From assembly GCA_963665125.2 (NCBI GenBank), contig CAXXUK010000002.1:480001-544000 (forward strand): a DNA stretch of 64,000 nucleotides, given 5' to 3'. Source of the stretch: an uncultured Desulfarculus sp. (GTDB lineage Bacteria; Desulfobacterota; Desulfarculia; Desulfarculales; Desulfarculaceae). A model generated the notes under the pieces. The model did no database searches. It had not been told where the DNA came from and saw nothing but the letters and a program-made list of their open reading frames with translations. This document shows positions 12,556 to 22,441 of this stretch, one piece after another. The position numbers were made by a program, and so were the translations under genes. How positions within the stretch are numbered: position 1 is the first letter of the stretch; each line of letters begins with the position of its first letter.

Positions 12556-15553
12556 GTGTCATGGGCAAACAGGCGTCAAAAGACAAGGGTTCGGCTTTCT
12601 CGCTCCATAAAATGGTCATGCCGGTGGCCAAAAGGCTTTGGCTGGTGCTTTTGTTGATGGCCGTCATCACCGCAGCGGCCGTATACGGCATGAGTTTTCT
12701 GACCATTGAAAACGACCTGCAAAACATGATGGCCGACGAAAACCTGGAAAAGATCGCCTTTCGCGATGCCGAGGAAAGATACGGCGACTCCATCGGCATG
12801 GTATTGGCCTTTAACGCGCCCGAAGGTTTGTATAGGGCGGACTTTTTGAAAAAGATCGAAGCGTTCAGCCAGGAGGTCCTGAGCCTCAACATCCGCTTGT
12901 TGGCCCGGGAACTGCGGGCCGACGCGCCCCTGGACGAAAAACAGTCCGTTTTGCTGGCGGCCTGGCTGCAAAGCCTGATCTCCGACCCGACTTTTTCACC
13001 CGATGAATTCGGCGAAATGGTGGCCGATCCCCAGGAAGCCGCCGACAACATGGCCGACTTCATGCCCAAGTTTTTAAAGGTGGACGACCCCGAGGAACTG
13101 CCCTGTCCACCGGCCAAGTCCTGGCCAAGGCGGCCAAGGACAACCCCGCTCAGTTGCAAAAGCTGCTTGAAACGGCCAACAAGACGACCGACGAGCGGCA
13201 CAAGGAAAAAAGCCGCTGGGTGGACCAGATCCTCAGCATAACCCAGACCGATTCCGCCTGGCCCCAGTTCAAGAGCCTCGACGGGCCCATGGCTTTGCTT
13301 AAGGGCTGGGGTCTGCCCACGGATCAGGGGACCAAAACCCTGTTGGAGATAGCCCTGGAGCGGGGCGTGAACAGCCCGGAGGATCTCGACCGGTTCTTGA
13401 ATGATGAGAAGGGCCTTTTATGGGCCGGCGTGCCCCTGCAAACCTGCCGGGTCTTCAAGGACGCCTTGAACAAGGAGCGGGCCAAGGAATTGATCCAGGC
13501 CATTCGTCAGGCCCCCAAACAGATCCGGGTCGGCGACATGATCAGCCTGGACGAGAAAACCGAACCAGACAGCCGCCAACTGTACGAGTTGGAGCTGCGG
13601 CTCAAGGCCTGGAACTTTTTTGACGGAGCCCTGCGTTCTCCCGACGATCACGCCACCCTGATGATGGTCCGCACTGTTCCCAATATCACCAAAAATAGCC
13701 GGGCGCCTCTATTGGACATGGTTCGGGGTCTGTTGGACAAGTATTTCAGCAATACTCCCTACCGGGTATATCAGGCCGGGGCCACCGTGGTCTCCGATGA
13801 GGTTTCGGCCCGGATGACCACCGACATCCGCAAGCTGTTGCCCATTGTCGTGGTGGTGGTGGCCGTATTCTTGTTCATCTCCCTGCGCAGCATCGCCGGG
13901 GTGGTCTATCCCCTGGCCACCGTGCTGTTGTCCATTGTCTGGTGCCTTGGCTTCATGGGCTATGCCGGTCTGCCCATCTCCATCGTGGTCACGGCCTTGC
14001 CCGTGCTGCTGGTGGCGGTGGGCTCGGCCTACGGCATCCACTTTATCCACAACTTCCGTTTTTTCCGCAGCCACGGGCATTCGGCCCATGAGGCTGTGAA
14101 GTCCACCATCGACGTCACCGGCAAGGGCGTGGTAATGGCCGGGTTGACCACCGTGGCCGGATTCGCCTCCCTGGCCGCCAACTCCATCGTGGGCCTGAGG
14201 GATTTCGGCATAGCCGTGGCCGTGGGAGTCGGTTTCGCCCTGCTCATCTCGATGTATATGGTTACGGCCCTGTTGATAAAGTTCGGCGCCGGCAGAACCA
14301 CGCAAGCCCCGGCCGATGAAAACGAGCGCGGCGTGGGCGGCTTCTTTACCCGTTTCAGCGAACTGACCATGAAGCGGGCCTGGCTGGTGGTGGTGGGATT
14401 CACCATCGCCCTGATCATTTCCGGCCTGGGCCTGACCAAACTCTACACCGAGCTCAACAACATGAGCTTCTTCCGGCCCGACTCCGAGATCCGCCAGGCC
14501 GACAGCTTCATCAATGCCAGATTCGCCGGTACGGTGGGCCTGCGCACGGTCTTCAGCACCAGCGAGGAAAAAGGCGCCTTGGACCCGGTGCTGTTGGAGG
14601 TCATGGAGGAACTGGCCCGGAAGATTCCGGCCGACAACCCCGAGGTGGGCAAGGTCAGCAGTTCCGTGGACCTGATCAAGAAAATGAACCAGGCCTTCCA
14701 TTACAATGACCCGGCCTATTACCGGTTGCCCAAAATCCAGGACTTGGAGGGCGAACAGACCAAGCAGGCGCTGATGGGGCAATACGCCTTTTACGTGGAC
14801 AAATTTCCCCAAAACCAGCGCAAGTCCTTCGTGGACGCCGGCAAGAAGACGGCTGTGCTCAATATCCAGGTAAAAACATCGGCCAGCACGGTGAGTTCCC
14901 GCATCTGCAAATACATCGATCAGCAGCTGAACGGACCGCTGGGTGCGCCCCTGCGGGAAAAGGGCATCACCTTCAGCACCACGGGCATCGGCAAGCTCTA
15001 CCATGAGGCCAGCGACATGCTGATCTCGGGCCAGATGTGGTCGGTGGTCCTGTCGCTGATCATCGTATTGGTGCTGGTTTCGCTGACCATGCGCTCGCTG
15101 GGTTACGGCCTGCTGGCCATTTTGCCCCTGAGCATCACCATTATCGTGGACTTCGGGTTGATGGGTTATGCGGGAATAGCCCTGGACGCGGCCACGGCCA
15201 TAACCGCCTGCGTGGCCGTGGGCATCGGCGTGGACTACTCCATTCACTACCTCAACCGTTACCGCGATTGCCGGGCCAGGGGGCTCGTCCACCACGAGGC
15301 CGCCCTGGAAACGGCCCAGGGCTCGGGCCAGGCCATTGTCATCAACGCGGTGGCTGTGGGCGGCGGTTTCCTGGTGATGCTCTTTTCCTCGTTCGTCCCG
15401 CTTTTCAACGTGGGAATCCTGATGGCCTTCACCATGGCCCTGACGGCGTTCGGCTCGCTGACGCTGATTCCCGCGCTGTTGACCATAGCCGACCGGAAAA
15501 AGAATTCGCCGAAAAACAAACAATCAAAGCCTGATCAAGGAGTTGCGGCATGA
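12552..15553 (+). pseudogene. MMPL/RND-family transporter split by a single frameshift near 13100 (pseudogene or sequencing error)
   Basis: N-terminal TM and periplasmic part in 12552..13241 continues in the -1 frame (LSTGQVLAKAAKDNPAQLQK...) into 13154..15553, which has GSAYGIH, GLTTVAGFASL and GIGVDYSIH motifs. Confidence 0.75.
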
Positions 15554-16362
15554 AAAAGTTGATAATCGCATTAGTTAGTCTGGCATGCCTGGCCGCGGCG
15601 CCGGCCTGGGCCGCCGATATCCCGGACTATGACAAGGCCAATGCGGCCAAGGACGGGCGCCTCATCGCCGATGTTCTGGACGACGCCAACCGCCCCAAGG
15701 AGGATCTGATCACCTATGCCGTGATGACCCTCAAGTCAGGTAACGACGTCACCGACACCCGCAAGGTGATCATCAAGCGCAAGACATACGGCAACGTCGA
15801 CCGCGCCTTGATGCGGTTCATGGATTCCCTGAAGCGTGGCGTCACCTTCCTGACCATCGAGCACAAGGACGTGGACAACGAGCAGTATCTGTACATACCG
15901 TCCATGGGCCGGCCCAGGCAGATCGCCACAGCCGACCGCCAGAGCGACTTTGAAGACACCGACCTGACCAACGAGGAGTTGGGCGGCCGCAAGGTCGAGG
16001 ACTATACCTATCTGCGGCACAACGACACCAAAGTTGAGGGCAGCCAGGTTTACAAGGTGGTGGCCCAGGCCAAGGACCCCGACGCCCGTTACCCCAGATA
16101 CGTTGCCTGGATCGATATTGAGACGTTGGTCCCCAGGCAGATCAAGGTCTACAACAAGGACAACAAGCTCCAAAAGGTCATGGTCGCCGGTGACATCCGG
16201 AAGGTCGGCGATATCTATGTGCCGTTCAAGACCGTGGTCAAGGACTTTATCCGGGATCACACCACCCTGCTGATTATCAAGGAGGCCAAGACGGACGTTG
16301 GCCTCAGCGGCGTTGAGTTCGACAAGAACAAGATGGGCAACAAGTGGAACGAGACCTTCTAG
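15550..16362 (+). CDS. Outer-membrane lipoprotein-sorting (LolA-like) periplasmic protein
   Basis: Signal peptide (AWA); GVTFL, QYLYIPS..R.RQI, F..TDLTNEE motifs; typical partner of MMPL genes. Confidence 0.75.
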   Translation: MKKLIIALVSLACLAAAPAWAADIPDYDKANAAKDGRLIADVLDDANRPKEDLITYAVMTLKSGNDVTDTRKVIIKRKTYGNVDRALMRFMDSLKRGVTFLTIEHKDVDNEQYLYIPSMGRPRQIATADRQSDFEDTDLTNEELGGRKVEDYTYLRHNDTKVEGSQVYKVVAQAKDPDARYPRYVAWIDIETLVPRQIKVYNKDNKLQKVMVAGDIRKVGDIYVPFKTVVKDFIRDHTTLLIIKEAKTDVGLSGVEFDKNKMGNKWNETF

Positions 16363-16366
16363 TCAA

Positions 16367-16510
16367 TATTGGAAAAGTCCGTCCTGGACTTTTCCAATAG
16401 ACGGTTGGCGAAAGCGACTTTTCGCCAATCAACACAAATAGCTGGTCCGAGACGGCGCAATTTGGGTGCGCCGTCCATGGCGCGCGCGAAACGATGCCTT
16501 TGGCGCGCTT
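16367..16510. repeat. Cluster of intergenic palindromes (REP/MITE-like)
   Basis: tattggaaaagtcc-gtcct-ggacttttccaata; ggttggcgaaa..tttcgccaatc; gacggcgca..tgcgccgtc; gcgcc-gtccat-ggcgc. Confidence 0.65.
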
Positions 16511-16525
16511 GGGAGCGGTAGGGTT

Positions 16526-17941
16526 ATGAAAATCAACAATATTGTCAAGTCGCTGTTATTGGTGTGGTGTCTGGGGCTGGTGCTGGGGCCTTGGGCGGCC
16601 CTGGCGGCAGAAGAAGCGGCCGACGACGACCTCAGCGGCCTGCTGGAGCAGGAAACCTCCGACACTCCGGGCCTGACCATGGCCAAGGAGGAAAAGCTGT
16701 GGGGAATCCAGTACGAGGGCGAGCTGCGGGCCAACCTTTGGTACAAGTACGACGATGACCCGGAGTGGAAGACCACCAACCGCCTGGATCTGCTGGCCGA
16801 AAAAGAGGCCAACAACCTCAAAGTGCTGGGCCGGGTGAAGTTCGACTACCAGAACCTGGAGGCCGATCCGGACTTTCGCGCCGACGTGCGCGAGATGTAC
16901 GCCCGCTACCGGGTGAAATCATCCTGGTTCGAATACCTGGACATGATCGCCGGCAAGAAGATCGTCTACTGGGGCAAGGGCGACGAGGTGCGCCCCCTGG
17001 ACATCGTCTGCCCCGAGGACATGACCTCCAACATCTATTACCTGAAGAACGAGCGCAAGACCGGCGTGCTAGGCCTGTTCGCCGACCTGGCCCTGAACCA
17101 GCACGTGACCCTGGAAGTCTTCTGGTCGCCGTATTTCCAAAAGTCATGGACCCCGGATCTCGGTGATTATTTCGAGCCCTATGCCCTGCGTAAACTGCAC
17201 GACGCGGGAGTGGCCGAGGGTTCGGCCATGGTTCCGGATAATTTCTCGGACATGGCCTCGGTGGGCGGCCGCCTGAAGCTTTCGGTGGCCCGCTTTGACA
17301 TCGGGCTGTACGCCTACCAGGGCTACAGCAACCTGCCCACCTATGAGATAACCTCGCTGATGCGCCACCCGGTCTACGGCATACCCATCCCCACCGAAGT
17401 GTCACCGGAATACTACCGCCTGACCATGTACGGCGCGGACTTCGAGCGGGCCGTGGGCGATTTCGTGCTGCGCGGCGAGGTGGCCTACATGGCGAACGGC
17501 GATCACGAAATGGTGGACTGGCAACACGACTACACTTTGCTGGTCCAATACCCCAACGGCATCGCCGACAGCCGCAGCCTGCAATACGTGGTGGGCCTGG
17601 ACAAAAACAATCTGTTCATCCGCAATCTGTTCATGAACATCCAGTATGTTGGCCAGTACATCACCGACTATGACGACGTGTTCGCCGACGACCAGGTGAC
17701 CCACGGCGCCACGCTGTATTTTCAGTATTCGATCATGGACTCGCTGTTCGTGTTCTACTACCGCGGCGTGGCCGACTTTACGCACCACACCTACCGCAAC
17801 AGGTTTGACGGCGCGTACAAGATCAACAACTGGTCCGAGGTCTCCCTGGGCGTGATCATCTACAACGGTGACGCCGATACGCTGTTCGGCCAGTATGACA
17901 ACCAGGACTTTGTCTATACGCAGCTCAAGGTGATCTTCTAG
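16526..17941 (+). CDS. Outer-membrane beta-barrel protein (DUF1302-like)
   Basis: Signal peptide, GKKIVYWGKGD motif, C-terminal aromatic (LKVIF), context with MMPL and LolA-like genes. Confidence 0.7.
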   Translation: MKINNIVKSLLLVWCLGLVLGPWAALAAEEAADDDLSGLLEQETSDTPGLTMAKEEKLWGIQYEGELRANLWYKYDDDPEWKTTNRLDLLAEKEANNLKVLGRVKFDYQNLEADPDFRADVREMYARYRVKSSWFEYLDMIAGKKIVYWGKGDEVRPLDIVCPEDMTSNIYYLKNERKTGVLGLFADLALNQHVTLEVFWSPYFQKSWTPDLGDYFEPYALRKLHDAGVAEGSAMVPDNFSDMASVGGRLKLSVARFDIGLYAYQGYSNLPTYEITSLMRHPVYGIPIPTEVSPEYYRLTMYGADFERAVGDFVLRGEVAYMANGDHEMVDWQHDYTLLVQYPNGIADSRSLQYVVGLDKNNLFIRNLFMNIQYVGQYITDYDDVFADDQVTHGATLYFQYSIMDSLFVFYYRGVADFTHHTYRNRFDGAYKINNWSEVSLGVIIYNGDADTLFGQYDNQDFVYTQLKVIF

Positions 17942-18126
17942 CGCCTCGGGCACATTAATAAGGGCGGCGGCCTTCGCCAAAAGGGTGTGGGCAGCCCTGA
18001 AGGCCGTCGCCCGCACTTCAACCTCCCCCTTGACCGGCGTCAAGGCCATTGCCTAATATTTCCTAGAAGCACCAGGATTTTCAACCCTGCGAAAAATCTG
18101 TCTCCCTTTGCCCTTGGGAGCGGCAT

Positions 18127-18693
18127 ATGCCCAAACAAAGCGCTTGGCGGCAAGTGGCGCGGCCTGTATCCCTGGTCTTTTTGATCACGGCCGCATCGTA
18201 TTTCGGCTATTTCGGTTCGCGGCAGGTAACCAACCCTTCCCTGCACCAGATCATGGCCGCTTTTTTCGGCACCACCTATTTCATTTCCATTGCCCTGGGC
18301 TCCGTCTATGTCTTTGCCTCCAGCCGCCTGAAGGGCGCTGCTCTGGGCCTGGCCGTGGCGGCGTGTTTCGTCACCCCGCTGGCCTGGATGACCAAGGAGG
18401 TTTGGCGCATATCCGAGTCCCATCCCCTGGCCGAATGCCTGTACTACTATCTCAACCCCCTGAATATCTGGCTGGTGTCGTTCATGTTCGTGGAGATGGG
18501 CCTGGCCTCCCTGATCATCCGGCCTCTTCTGCGCCGCCGGGGTCTGGGCCCGGACGGCGGCCCCGGGGCGGCCATGGCCGTGGTGGTCGTCAGCCTGGCC
18601 GTTGCCGTCTCGCTGTATGCCTGGGGTAAGGGGGAAAACATCTACGTGCTGTTTCTGGGGGGCTACCGCGCACTCTTCGGATCGGGGGTGTAA
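18127..18693 (+). CDS. Hypothetical integral membrane protein
   Basis: About five hydrophobic segments; ends 2 nt before the sulfatase start. Confidence 0.65.
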   Translation: MPKQSAWRQVARPVSLVFLITAASYFGYFGSRQVTNPSLHQIMAAFFGTTYFISIALGSVYVFASSRLKGAALGLAVAACFVTPLAWMTKEVWRISESHPLAECLYYYLNPLNIWLVSFMFVEMGLASLIIRPLLRRRGLGPDGGPGAAMAVVVVSLAVAVSLYAWGKGENIYVLFLGGYRALFGSGV

Positions 18694-18695
18694 CC

Positions 18696-20105
18696 ATGGC
18701 CAGCCGCGACAAGACCAATCGCCGCCAGGCCCTGCGTCTGATCGGTTCGGCGGCCGCCGCCGGGTATGTCGGCTTGAACTGGCCCGGTGCGTTGCGTCCG
18801 GCCCACGCCGCGCCCACCCAGAGGCCCAACATCATCTTTATCCTGGGCGACAACCACAATGCCGATGCCATGGGCTGCGCCGGCCATCCGTTTATTGATA
18901 CGCCGGGCATGGACCGCCTGTCCAAGGAGGGCGTGCGCTTTGAAAACACCTTCAACACCACCAGCCTGTGCAGCCCCAGCAGGGCCAGCATCCTCACCGG
19001 GGCCTATGCCCACAACCACGGCGTGAAAAACAACCACACACCATGGACCGGCCAGATGCCCACCTTTTTGGAGAATTTGAGCAAGGCGGGCTACGCCACG
19101 GCGTTTATCGGCAAATGGCACATGCCCGGCCACGGCCTGCCCAAGATGCCGTATCTGGACCTGTTCGTCTCCTACACCCACCGCGAGGGACAGGGTTCGT
19201 ACTTTGACTGCCCGATGATCAAAAACGGCAGGCAGGTAGCCTCCCGGGCGCCGTACATCACCACCGAGGTCACCGACTACGCCATTGAGTTCATACAAAA
19301 GAACCAGGCCCAGCCAGGTGAGCAGCGCAAGCCGTTTTGCATCTATCTGTCCCACCGCCCCGGCCATCCTCCGTTCCAGGCACCAGAGGACATAAAGGGA
19401 AGATACGACCATGCCGACGTCAAGGAAGTCCTGCCCGATAACGTGGATCCGTATTGGTACGGCAAGACCAAGGGCAATGTGTTCCAGGGCGTGATGATGG
19501 GCTCGTATTACGACCAATACCGCAAGTACTGCGAGACGCTCACGGCCATGGACCGCGACATCGTGCGCCTTTTGGATAAACTCGACGAAATGGGCTTGGC
19601 CGAAAACACCATGGTCATCTACATGGGCGACAACGGCATGCAGTGGGGCACCCACGATTGCCACGGCATACGCGAGCCTTATGAGGAATCGGCCAGGCTG
19701 CCATTGATCATCCGGGCCCCCTGGCTGATCAAGGACCCCGGCGCGGTAAGGGGGCAAATGGCCCTGAATATCGACATAGCCCCGACGTTTTTGGAGTTGG
19801 CCGGGGCGGCCATGCCGGGCCATGTGGACGGTCAAAGCCTGGTGCCGCTGCTCGCCGACGCCAAGGCCAAGGGGCGTGATGATTTCTTGATGGAGTTTTG
19901 GCGCTATTTCCCGGAGAACACGCCCAGCTACAAGGGCGTGCGCACCAACCGCTACAAGTACGTCGAATTTGAGCGGGGGCGGGGGCCGTGGTTGTTTGAT
20001 CTGCAAAACGACCCCAAGGAGATGAATAATCTCTACGGAACGCCCGAGGGGGACAAGGTTTTGCCGGGGTTGAGGAAGAGGTTGGGGGAGTATTTGGAGG
20101 GGTAG
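18696..20105 (+). CDS. Sulfatase (formylglycine-dependent), Tat-exported
   Basis: RPNIIFILGD, CSPSRASILTG, GKWH motifs; N-terminal NRRQALR. Confidence 0.93.
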   Translation: MASRDKTNRRQALRLIGSAAAAGYVGLNWPGALRPAHAAPTQRPNIIFILGDNHNADAMGCAGHPFIDTPGMDRLSKEGVRFENTFNTTSLCSPSRASILTGAYAHNHGVKNNHTPWTGQMPTFLENLSKAGYATAFIGKWHMPGHGLPKMPYLDLFVSYTHREGQGSYFDCPMIKNGRQVASRAPYITTEVTDYAIEFIQKNQAQPGEQRKPFCIYLSHRPGHPPFQAPEDIKGRYDHADVKEVLPDNVDPYWYGKTKGNVFQGVMMGSYYDQYRKYCETLTAMDRDIVRLLDKLDEMGLAENTMVIYMGDNGMQWGTHDCHGIREPYEESARLPLIIRAPWLIKDPGAVRGQMALNIDIAPTFLELAGAAMPGHVDGQSLVPLLADAKAKGRDDFLMEFWRYFPENTPSYKGVRTNRYKYVEFERGRGPWLFDLQNDPKEMNNLYGTPEGDKVLPGLRKRLGEYLEG

Positions 20106-20342
20106 GAACTTTAATCATCTACTAAAACGTGGTGATTTTGTTTGACCGATATTGTTAGCTGGTTGTAGTATCAGTTAATGCCTATGGGGGTATGACGGCA
20201 TGAGCCACGTTTCGCTCGGTCACGTGCGGGTTTATAAAAACCACATCTTTGAAAATAAATCCCCAATAACGACGTTTAAGAGTCAAGCTAAGCAAAGAAA
20301 ATATACAGGTTTTCAGTGTGCATATATGTGCGAGGATGTTCA

Positions 20343-21230
20343 ATGAGTAAGGGAACGTACTACGTAGGTCGAATTAATAAGGGTGGACGTTTAGATAATA
20401 AAAATTTACTAAAAGCTATCATAAACTCAACAGAAATAACGCATGGTTTATTCAAGTGGTCTATAACAAATATTGAAGAAGGGGAAGTTGATGAAGGGCC
20501 ATATGTTTTTGGTTTTTTGTCTAAATATTATCTAGAGGGCCCCATTAAAATAGTTAATGAAGAAGAAAAAAACCAAGAAGAGTATTCAGCTACTAATTTA
20601 CTACGAGCAAGTAGCCCGTTTGTTTATCTTCCCGACTATGCAGGGATTGCGTATCTGCACGTTTGGGACGGGATACTTAATGAGACGTTTAGAAGTAGGT
20701 TTCAGCAAATAATCAAAGAAACCTTTGGAAATTTTTTTGTTGATTTTACTATTGAGCCAATTATCGATTATAGAACATTTGTGCAGAAGATTATCGGACT
20801 AGATTCCATCCAATCAATAAATGCAACAGTTAGACCACCAAATCCATCATTTGGTCGACTTTGGAAGAATTTAAACGATTATATTATGGAGAGAAACGCA
20901 CGCGAAGTGAATATTAGTGAAAAGGGAAGAGGCATAGAAGGAATCAAATCAAAAATAGCTGATCTGTTATTGCGCATCATTGCAAATAAACTTTATGAAC
21001 CAGACATTCCCCCGGATATTGCCGATGCTGCATTGTTGATGGCAGCTGATGGTTACGGTCATGGAACAATCAAGGGATATGATGGAAATTCAATTAGAAC
21101 AATCAGGACGAGAGAAAACCAAGAAAGCTTTCCGTTTGATAAAGACCCTGTGCCAAGTGAATTGGCATCTCGGTCCGCTTATGTATTTGAAAAAATATCA
21201 AAAAAGAGCGGAATGAGGCATGAAGACTAA
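20343..21230 (+). CDS. AT-rich hypothetical soluble protein (possibly DUF4747-like)
   Basis: Intact 295-aa ORF with GAGGA RBS in a sharply AT-rich segment; VRPPNP and AADGYG motifs; family call tentative. Confidence 0.7.
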   Translation: MSKGTYYVGRINKGGRLDNKNLLKAIINSTEITHGLFKWSITNIEEGEVDEGPYVFGFLSKYYLEGPIKIVNEEEKNQEEYSATNLLRASSPFVYLPDYAGIAYLHVWDGILNETFRSRFQQIIKETFGNFFVDFTIEPIIDYRTFVQKIIGLDSIQSINATVRPPNPSFGRLWKNLNDYIMERNAREVNISEKGRGIEGIKSKIADLLLRIIANKLYEPDIPPDIADAALLMAADGYGHGTIKGYDGNSIRTIRTRENQESFPFDKDPVPSELASRSAYVFEKISKKSGMRHED

Positions 21231-21714
21231 TAAAATATTTTACTGGATTGGTATTTTGTTTCCGCTTCCTGAGGTATTAGTATTATTAATGTTTCCTCTC
21301 ATATTCTTTGTATTTAATCAAGAAATAACTATTTTTATGAGGGATATCGTTTCAATCAAAATATCATCTGATATCTTAAGCAAAATAGCATATGTTCCTC
21401 TAGCGATTATCCCCGTATCTGCCTATTTCGTGATTGGTATCTTATCACCAGATCACGAGGATAAAAAAATCCTGCATAATTGGCAAGATCTTTGGGCTCT
21501 AAGGAGAACCTGCATGTCAGGCCTCGTATACCAAGCACTGTTCGCGGCCATTTCTCTGATTTCACTAGCTGCGTGCAGCTCTCAGAATGTCGAAAGCATG
21601 GAACTTGCTATTATAATTGCAGCGGTAGGGACGGCCTACTCCTCTTTGACATTTTTAAACGCTAAGGTCAGAGTACAAGAGTTTCTGTCTAGAGATAAAA
21701 CCGAGAAACTCTGA
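21220..21714 (+). CDS. AT-rich hypothetical membrane protein (about 4 TM)
   Basis: Overlaps the upstream gene by 11 nt; four hydrophobic segments. Confidence 0.7.
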   Translation: MKTNKIFYWIGILFPLPEVLVLLMFPLIFFVFNQEITIFMRDIVSIKISSDILSKIAYVPLAIIPVSAYFVIGILSPDHEDKKILHNWQDLWALRRTCMSGLVYQALFAAISLISLAACSSQNVESMELAIIIAAVGTAYSSLTFLNAKVRVQEFLSRDKTEKL

Positions 21715-22127
21715 GCGCGCGAATATTGTTTTGGAAGAGGCCCCTCTGGCCGCCGGCTCGCAAAAATATATCTGGCCCTGCTGGAATGTGACCGGCCCCG
21801 CGAGCGGAAATGCCTGTTAAGTTATATCTTCCCTGCCCAGTTGTGGACCGCACTGCTTTTGGCCGCTGCTCCTTGGCTGGGTTTCGATAACGGCGTGAGG
21901 GCGGTGCCCGGAGCGGGTGTCATGGCCGATCGCGCCGGGCGGTGTGCCTATTTACCGGCGTTGCTGTCCCACCCAACCGGCCCCAAACCTTCCACAGAAT
22001 ACGCCCCACACGCCGAGTAATAGCGTAATCCTGCCTGAGGCGGGCGATTCCATCCGCCAACACGCACGGAATACCTACAAACTCCAGCATATCCCAGGGA
22101 ACCTCAGACCCAACTTGAGGCAACGTC

Positions 22128-22345
22128 ATTTGGAGGGGGGAGAGGGGGACTGCTAGGCTGGCCAGGACGGCCAGACCGGATTGCCGCAAGGCAATCCGCG
22201 AGCCCCGGATCGGACTTGCTCCGTCCGGGACGCTGCACCTCGGGCCAGGGACGGGCCGAGGTGCAAAAAATCGTAGAGCCGGGGACCACCTTTGTCGAAA
22301 GGGGGTCCCCACTTCCCCCAGGGGAAAACGCCTTTTCCGGGAGAC
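22128..22345. repeat. Highly structured non-coding element (multi-hairpin, MITE/REP-like)
   Basis: Five or more consecutive hairpins, including ctggcc-aggac-ggccag, cggattgcc-gcaa-ggcaatccg, tgcacctcgg..ccgaggtgca, ggggacc..ggtcccc. Confidence 0.6.
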
Positions 22346-22410
22346 TTGACCCATCGCGGAGTTGGAAAAATGAAGTGCCCCTGCCCCGTGGCTTATTCAT
22401 AGTCGAACAC

Positions 22411-22439
22411 TAGACAATACCGGTGCCAGTGCATACAGT
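22411..22439 (+). promoter_or_regulatory. Putative sigma70 promoter of hgcAB, now separated from it by the IS
   Basis: TAGACA (22411-22416) N17 TACAGT (22434-22439), just left of the IS end. Confidence 0.55.
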
Positions 22440-22441
22440 TA

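Noticed and set aside
21917..22413. Short ORFs overlapping the structured element
   Set aside because: No RBS or motif support; better explained by a GC-rich palindromic non-coding sequence
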